Virus record (IMG/VR): IMGVR_UViG_3300047373_000579
Location: 8,625-72,624 of that record
Length of the DNA: 64,000 bases
DNA from: a virus
Direction: 5' to 3' (one strand)
Shown: in pieces, positions 58,384 through 64,000 of the stretch
Layout: every line of letters starts with the position of its first letter
How positions within the stretch are numbered: the first letter of the stretch is position 1
Notes under the pieces: model-generated
Seen by the model: the letters and a program-made list of their open reading frames with translations, nothing else
Told to the model about the DNA's origin: nothing
Database searches by the model: none
Made by a program: the position numbers and the translations under genes

Positions 58384-59319
58384 TTAGATTTGGTTAGAAT
58401 GTATAGACTTTTTTCCACGAACATTCTCATAATTTTTTTCGAACCATTCTATTGTTTCTTTAAGGCCATCGTATAAAGGTGTGAATTTAAATTCGGGTAG
58501 ATAATTTTTTATTTTAGAATTATCACTAGGTTTTCTAAACTGTCCATCAGGTTTATCTGTATCCCATTTAACCCCACCTTTAAAATTCATTAACTCTATA
58601 ATCATTCCCACGACTTCTTTTATTGATATCTCTTCAGATGTTGATAGGATTACAGGTTCATCTTCATTATAATTTTCTAAAACCCATTCAGTTAATTTTG
58701 CTACATCTTTATTATAAATAAATTCCCTAAGTGGTACACCACTACCCCATATAGTTAATGGTGTATTAGTCTCTCTAGCAATATAACATTTATGTATTAA
58801 AGAAGGTATCACATGACCATTATCAATGTCAAAATTATCATTAATCCCATATATGTTGGTTGGTATAACAGATTTATAATTTAATCCGTATTGTTCTCTA
58901 TACGCCCTAATCTGAACTTCTGCCATACGTTTTGCATAAGAATACGCATCATTACTAAAGTGTGGTGGACCTAAGTGTATTTTTTTTTCGGTTAAAGGAT
59001 ATTCTACATCGTTTGGGAAAACACATGTAGATAAAAATACTACTAAATTTTTAACATCTGATTGTCTACATGATTCTATCACATTAGTATTCATCATAAT
59101 ATTTTGGTAAAAGAATTCACCTTTATAATTCATATTACCACCAACACCCCCAACTTTCGCTGCGGTATGGATAACACCATTCCATTTTCTTTTTATTATA
59201 TTATAACTTTCTTTTTGATTAATTAAATTATAATCTTTAGAACCTATTTTATGGTATTTTTCACCTATAAATTGTGAACCAACTAAACCATTACCACCTG
59301 TAACTAAAACTCTTTTCAT
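58384..59319 (-). CDS. fcl: GDP-L-fucose synthase
   Basis: VTGGNGLVG, AAKVGG..N, LSTCVFP, YSYAK, PTNIYG.NDNF, HVIPSLI, WGSGVPLREF, KPDG. Confidence 0.93.
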   Translation of the reverse strand: MKRVLVTGGNGLVGSQFIGEKYHKIGSKDYNLINQKESYNIIKRKWNGVIHTAAKVGGVGGNMNYKGEFFYQNIMMNTNVIESCRQSDVKNLVVFLSTCVFPNDVEYPLTEKKIHLGPPHFSNDAYSYAKRMAEVQIRAYREQYGLNYKSVIPTNIYGINDNFDIDNGHVIPSLIHKCYIARETNTPLTIWGSGVPLREFIYNKDVAKLTEWVLENYNEDEPVILSTSEEISIKEVVGMIIELMNFKGGVKWDTDKPDGQFRKPSDNSKIKNYLPEFKFTPLYDGLKETIEWFEKNYENVRGKKSIHSNQI

Positions 59320-59321
59320 AA

Positions 59322-60359
59322 CTATCTAGGTTTAAGAATAGTGTTCATAACTTCGTTTGGTATACCCATTGTAATTTCAGACTCTTTGTGATAGTCTAAC
59401 CAATAAGAAACCATTTCATCTAACATTGTTTCAAAAGTGTATTTAGGTCTCCAATCTAAATCTCTCCTCATTTTAGTTGAATCCCCTTTTAAATCATGTA
59501 ACTCTTCAGGTCTCATATGCTTTTCATCAATCACTACATAATCTCTATAATCTAAATCTAATCTATTAAAAGTATATTCACATAAATCTCTAACCGAATG
59601 TGATATTCCAGTTGAACAAACATAATCATCTGGATTATCAGTTTGTAACATTAACCACATAGCTTCAACGTAATCTTTAGCGTGACCCCAATCTCTTGTC
59701 GCGTCTAAATTACCTAAATGTAAATTATCCTGTAACCCTAATTTAATTTTAACTGCTGCCTTTACCACTTTATTAGTTACAAAGTTTGTCCCCCTTCTTG
59801 GGGATTCATGATTAAATAAAATACCATTCCATATTTTCATCCCATATGAATTTCTATAATTCCTACAAATATTATAAGAAAATACTTTTGCACAACCATA
59901 AGGTGATACTGGTGATAGTGGGGTAGTTTCTCTTTGGTACCCATCCTCATCTATATTATTACCAAACATTTCTGATGAACTTGCTTGATATATTTTTGAG
60001 TGTGGTGACACCATTCTAACCGATTCTAATAAATTAAGTGTCCCTAAACCTGTTACATTAGCGGTGTATATTGGTTGGTCGAAACTGACTCTTACATGTG
60101 ATTGTGCAGCTAAATTATATATTTCATTTGGTTGAATCTCTTTTAAAACTCGTACTAAGGATGACATATCAGTTAAATCAGCATATTCTAAATTAATTTT
60201 ACCTGATGAACGAAGATGTTCTATTCTTGTTGATTGAGTTTCAGATACGGAATTTCTCTTTACCGTACCCCATACTTTATATCCTTTTTCTATTAAAAAT
60301 TCAGCGAGATATGAACCGTCTTGTCCATTTATTCCTGTTATTAATGCCTTTTTACTCAT
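59322..60359 (-). CDS. gmd: GDP-mannose 4,6-dehydratase
   Basis: ITGINGQDGSYLAE, YNLAAQSHV, QASSSEMFG, YGCAK, FNHESPRRG, GNLDATRDWG. Confidence 0.96.
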   Translation of the reverse strand: MSKKALITGINGQDGSYLAEFLIEKGYKVWGTVKRNSVSETQSTRIEHLRSSGKINLEYADLTDMSSLVRVLKEIQPNEIYNLAAQSHVRVSFDQPIYTANVTGLGTLNLLESVRMVSPHSKIYQASSSEMFGNNIDEDGYQRETTPLSPVSPYGCAKVFSYNICRNYRNSYGMKIWNGILFNHESPRRGTNFVTNKVVKAAVKIKLGLQDNLHLGNLDATRDWGHAKDYVEAMWLMLQTDNPDDYVCSTGISHSVRDLCEYTFNRLDLDYRDYVVIDEKHMRPEELHDLKGDSTKMRRDLDWRPKYTFETMLDEMVSYWLDYHKESEITMGIPNEVMNTILKPR

Positions 60360-60361
60360 AA

Positions 60362-60985
60362 TTATTTTTTCATGTAAACATCATCTATTGTTAGTTTATG
60401 GACCTTTTGATATCCCTTACTAGACAATAACTCACCAACCTTAGTGTCACGGTAGTTATTCTCAACTATAATAAATTTGATGTTGTATTTATCGAAGTCG
60501 ACTGTTTTTAAAATATCGTACTCACCACCTTCTGTGTCTATAGTACAAAAATCAATCTCGGTAATCCCATGTTTATCTAATAGATTAGGTAACAATTCTG
60601 TATTAACTGTAACAACCTCTCTACCTTTATTTAATGGGTGTTTAACCTCACCTTCAATACGTAATTTATGTTGATTATCGTATTTGTCAACGATACCACT
60701 CAAACCTTTACCCCATCCAGTGATATCCATGAATTCAACTTCACCGATACTATCAGATACAGCGTAATTTTCACATACACAGGTCCTATTTTGTTCTAGT
60801 AGTTTAAATCTCTTAGGACTAGCTTCGATACACATACCATTCCACCCTTGTTCTTCGAAGAATTTAGTGTTACTCTTATCGATACCATCATCAGCACCTA
60901 TCTCTAAAAAGGTACCATCTTTTTTGTCTTTAAAATGGTTATTGTATAACCATTCGTCTTGTTTGTATTGTGAATAAAATTTCAT
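60362..60985 (-). CDS. FkbM family methyltransferase
   Basis: FLEIGADDG..SNT..W.G..IEA..IDFCTIDTEGGE..VENN. Confidence 0.9.
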   Translation of the reverse strand: MKFYSQYKQDEWLYNNHFKDKKDGTFLEIGADDGIDKSNTKFFEEQGWNGMCIEASPKRFKLLEQNRTCVCENYAVSDSIGEVEFMDITGWGKGLSGIVDKYDNQHKLRIEGEVKHPLNKGREVVTVNTELLPNLLDKHGITEIDFCTIDTEGGEYDILKTVDFDKYNIKFIIVENNYRDTKVGELLSSKGYQKVHKLTIDDVYMKK

Positions 60986-61800
60986 TATAACGATTTGATT
61001 TTTCTATTTATTACCTCCCATATGTTATACTCATCTAACACGATATTTCTAGCCTTGGTTAATGCTTCGATATCTACAGGTTGTTTTATTATCTCTTTTA
61101 CTTGTTCAATAGGATTAGGGTGTTTCATATCTAAGATATGATATGAATTCTCAGGGAAGTAATCTGACATATTCGGACAACCCCAATAAAGTGGAACCGA
61201 CCAAGATAAGTAAGCGTCAGCTAATTTCTCCGTCCAATAATTCTTTTGTTGTGAATTTTCTAATACGACACTATATTTGTAGTCTTGTAATCCTTTAAGT
61301 TTACATTTACCATCGTAATTCAGTTGTCCTTTGTAGTTACTACCATAGTAACGACTATCGTGACCTCTACCGTATAAATCTATTGGTGAGTTTCCTTTGA
61401 ATAGAGACTTAACGTAGTTGTTTCTGTGTGAATGTTTAGAAGATACGACACAACTAATATCTTTATTTTTTTCACCATATCCCATCGATTTTAATTCATC
61501 ATATGTTCTATTAATCCACCATGTGATACCACAATTTGTGTCATCCCAATGAATCATGTTTTTATAGTTCTGTTTGTGGGGGTTAATGAAGTTTGGTTCA
61601 CGTTTTACAAATATTGTCTTGTCTTGTGGTAACATTTTAGAATAACCATCAAGGACAATGTAGTAATCAGCCTCATTAAAATTTGATGTACCTTCAACAT
61701 CACCCCATTTACCTGATTGACCAGGTGTTTGACTTGAGTATCTTTTTAGTAATTGTTCAGGTGTCTCACCCCAATTACACAGAAATATTATCTTCTTCAT
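60985..61800 (-). CDS. GT10 (alpha-1,3/4-fucosyltransferase-like) glycosyltransferase
   Basis: IDLYGRG..YKYSVVLENSQQKNYWTEKLADAY..VPLYWG. Confidence 0.85.
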   Translation of the reverse strand: MKKIIFLCNWGETPEQLLKRYSSQTPGQSGKWGDVEGTSNFNEADYYIVLDGYSKMLPQDKTIFVKREPNFINPHKQNYKNMIHWDDTNCGITWWINRTYDELKSMGYGEKNKDISCVVSSKHSHRNNYVKSLFKGNSPIDLYGRGHDSRYYGSNYKGQLNYDGKCKLKGLQDYKYSVVLENSQQKNYWTEKLADAYLSWSVPLYWGCPNMSDYFPENSYHILDMKHPNPIEQVKEIIKQPVDIEALTKARNIVLDEYNIWEVINRKIKSL

Positions 61801-62737
61801 TTTCTAGTATTTTTAAATCATGTGAGACCATAATTCTCACCATTTCATCAAAACTTGTTTTAGGTGACCATCCGATGTTCTTTAGTTTGGTGTTATCACC
61901 CACCAACGGGAATTCTTCAACTGGTCTAACAAATCTATCATCGACACCAACATATTCAGACCAATCACTAATACCAACAACATTAAAGGCTGAATCTAAA
62001 AAGTCCTTAATTGTTCTTGGTGTTCCACTAGAGATTATGTAGTCATCAGATGTATCTTGTTGCAACATCATCCACATAGCCTCACAGTAATCTAAAACAT
62101 AACCCCAGTCTCTAATAGTGTCAAGGTTACCAAGTGTTATCTTATCAGATAAACCCAAAGAAATTTTAGCCACACCGTTGGTTATCTTTCTAGTAACCAT
62201 TTGTACACCTCTTAACTCTGATTCGTGATTATATAATATACCTGTACAACCAAACACACCGTATTGGTTTCTGTAATGTTTCACCATGTCATGAGCATAA
62301 ATTTTTACAGAACCGTAGGGGTTCCTTGGTAAGAATTTAGTATTTTCTGTTTGGGGGAATTCTTGTGTGTAACCAAACATTTCTGCTGAACCAGCATTGA
62401 AAAGTTTGGTGTTGGGTGATTTTGTTCTGATATATTCTAGGAAATCAACAATAGACACACCATTCACCTGTAGGTGTTGTTTGGGGTTATCCCAACTAGG
62501 TTTGATTTGTGCTTCAGCACCTAGATTATATATTTCATCGGGTTTAACTGAATCTAAACAACGATATAATGATTCTGTGTCTGATAAATCACCAAACACA
62601 TACGTAACACCTATTATTGGATTGGATATCTCTTTACGGGTTAACCCAAAAACTTCATAATCTTTATCTAATAAAAATTGAGCCATGAATGTACCATCCA
62701 TACCGTTTATACCAGTTATTAAAACTTTTTTAGACAT
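61775..62737 (-). CDS. gmd: Second GDP-mannose 4,6-dehydratase-like protein
   Basis: MSKKVLITGINGMDG, NAGSAEMFG, YGSVK, YNHES, GNLDTIRDWG. The likely start is 62737, not 62779. Confidence 0.85.
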   Translation of the reverse strand: MSKKVLITGINGMDGTFMAQFLLDKDYEVFGLTRKEISNPIIGVTYVFGDLSDTESLYRCLDSVKPDEIYNLGAEAQIKPSWDNPKQHLQVNGVSIVDFLEYIRTKSPNTKLFNAGSAEMFGYTQEFPQTENTKFLPRNPYGSVKIYAHDMVKHYRNQYGVFGCTGILYNHESELRGVQMVTRKITNGVAKISLGLSDKITLGNLDTIRDWGYVLDYCEAMWMMLQQDTSDDYIISSGTPRTIKDFLDSAFNVVGISDWSEYVGVDDRFVRPVEEFPLVGDNTKLKNIGWSPKTSFDEMVRIMVSHDLKILENEEDNISV

Positions 62738-62829
62738 ATATCTCCTTACATAAGTTATATAATTTATAATCAATTTCATTTTTTTCCTTAAATAATGAAA
62801 TAGTTTTGGGTGTTTTTACGTATAATATG

Positions 62830-64000
62830 TTATATATCTCCACCTATTATTTCAAATTTAGGGCATGGTACAATAAATTTACCACCATTATTTAAGTAAT
62901 CTTTCTCTCTTTTAACAAATTCATCGATGAAATGCCAAGGTAAGACAATCATATAATCAGGTTTAGCTTTTCTCATCTCATCTTCTGAGTAAATTGGAAT
63001 GTTTGTTCCCACGGTTTTAAGACCGAACTTATATGGACTACGTTCAGCAATACCATCGATAAGTGTGTGGTCTAAACCGAACCATTGTAATAGTGTGTTA
63101 CCTTTTGTTGATGCTCCGTAACCCCATACTGTTTTACCTTCTGATTTTACTTTCTTAATAAACTCTACAGTTTCGTCTTTAAGTTGATTAATCTCATCCC
63201 AAAACTTCATGTAAGGTTCAGGTGTGTCCATCTTATCTGTTTTCTCCATCTCTAGAAGACTTTCAATACGATAGTTAGCCACATCTCTATATGGTGATGT
63301 TTTGAAGTCTCTAACATCAGCACTAGCCTTTCTGATATAAACTCTGAAACTACCACCGTTAACATCATTTAACTGACAATCAACCACACTAAAACCAACA
63401 GATTCCAATAAACCTTTAATGGTAGTCAAGTTGTAGTAATATACGTGTTCGTGACAGATATTATCAAACGCTAATTGTTTCAACATTAGTGGTGTGTAAC
63501 TCATTTGTAAGATGAATAACCCATCATCTTCCATTACATCATAAACATCTTCTAAGAATGAAACGGGGTCATCCAAATCATAGAACATAGCGATAGTCGT
63601 AACTATCTTAGCTTTCTTATCACCGTATTTAGAATCCTCATATGATTTCTTATTGAAGTAGTCTTGGATTACTAGGTCCGCCACCTGTCTAGACTCATAC
63701 GTGTATGTGTCATCAGCCGGGTCAACACCTATCTTCACCATATTCTTAGGTACTTGTTTAAGTAATGTACCGTCATTACAAGCAATATCTAACCAAACGT
63801 CACCATCGTTAGTCTTAATACTTTCAGTACATGATTTAACAATATCACCCAACTCCCTAGTCATTGTGGTGTTAATACCTGAACGATACCAATATTGTCC
63901 ATACATAACATCACCATCGGGTACCTCAGTCAGTCTTACAGCCCCAGTACTTTCTTCTAATACTAAAGTTAAAGGGGATTTAGGTCCCCTTGGTTCTTCA
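62830..64000 (-). CDS. NDP-sugar C-methyltransferase (class I SAM), 5' end outside the window
   Basis: YWYRSG, LDIACNDG, GVDP, FDNICHEH, NGGS, YGASTKGN, PWHF; the frame stays open to the window edge. Confidence 0.9.
   Translation of the reverse strand, partial: EEPRGPKSPLTLVLEESTGAVRLTEVPDGDVMYGQYWYRSGINTTMTRELGDIVKSCTESIKTNDGDVWLDIACNDGTLLKQVPKNMVKIGVDPADDTYTYESRQVADLVIQDYFNKKSYEDSKYGDKKAKIVTTIAMFYDLDDPVSFLEDVYDVMEDDGLFILQMSYTPLMLKQLAFDNICHEHVYYYNLTTIKGLLESVGFSVVDCQLNDVNGGSFRVYIRKASADVRDFKTSPYRDVANYRIESLLEMEKTDKMDTPEPYMKFWDEINQLKDETVEFIKKVKSEGKTVWGYGASTKGNTLLQWFGLDHTLIDGIAERSPYKFGLKTVGTNIPIYSEDEMRKAKPDYMIVLPWHFIDEFVKREKDYLNNGGKFIVPCPKFEIIGGDI

Noticed and set aside
1-64000. Stop-codon reassignment as in some large phages
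   Set aside because: Core genes are intact under the standard code; TAG ends the capsid gene before a terminator, and TGA appears in normal ATGA overlaps.
1-64000. tRNA, rRNA, integrase or transposase genes
   Set aside because: I recognised no cloverleaf or recombinase motifs, and the intergenic gaps are short and mostly explained by promoters and terminators.

Overview
The whole window is AT-rich, densely coded DNA from a large T4-like tailed phage (myovirus-type head module), read in the standard genetic code. The host is probably a Bacteroidota/Flavobacteriia member, judged from TAnnTTTG promoters, a DUF4494-like gene and a LETM1-like domain. It carries neck, terminase, portal, prohead protease, scaffold, major capsid, baseplate-spike and fibre/LamG genes plus a gp55-like late sigma factor. 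Interleaved are host-like genes: thyA, UV endonuclease, ClpC, type II glutamine synthetase, PhoH and a GDP-fucose/glycosyltransferase cluster. A motif ATATTTAT sits just upstream of about 20 structural or late-type genes on both strands. The most striking unexplained pattern is a probable head-cargo addressing system. About 14 unrelated proteins share a basic N-terminal leader (KLTExDL...KIIKE) ending in an [ILV]-x-E prohead-protease-type site. Two genes right after the major capsid gene are arrays of roughly 100-130-aa modules, each starting with [ILV]xE followed by a DW[IA]KD-type motif, so they look like protease-processed polyproteins. All assignments come from motif recognition by eye, with no database searches.
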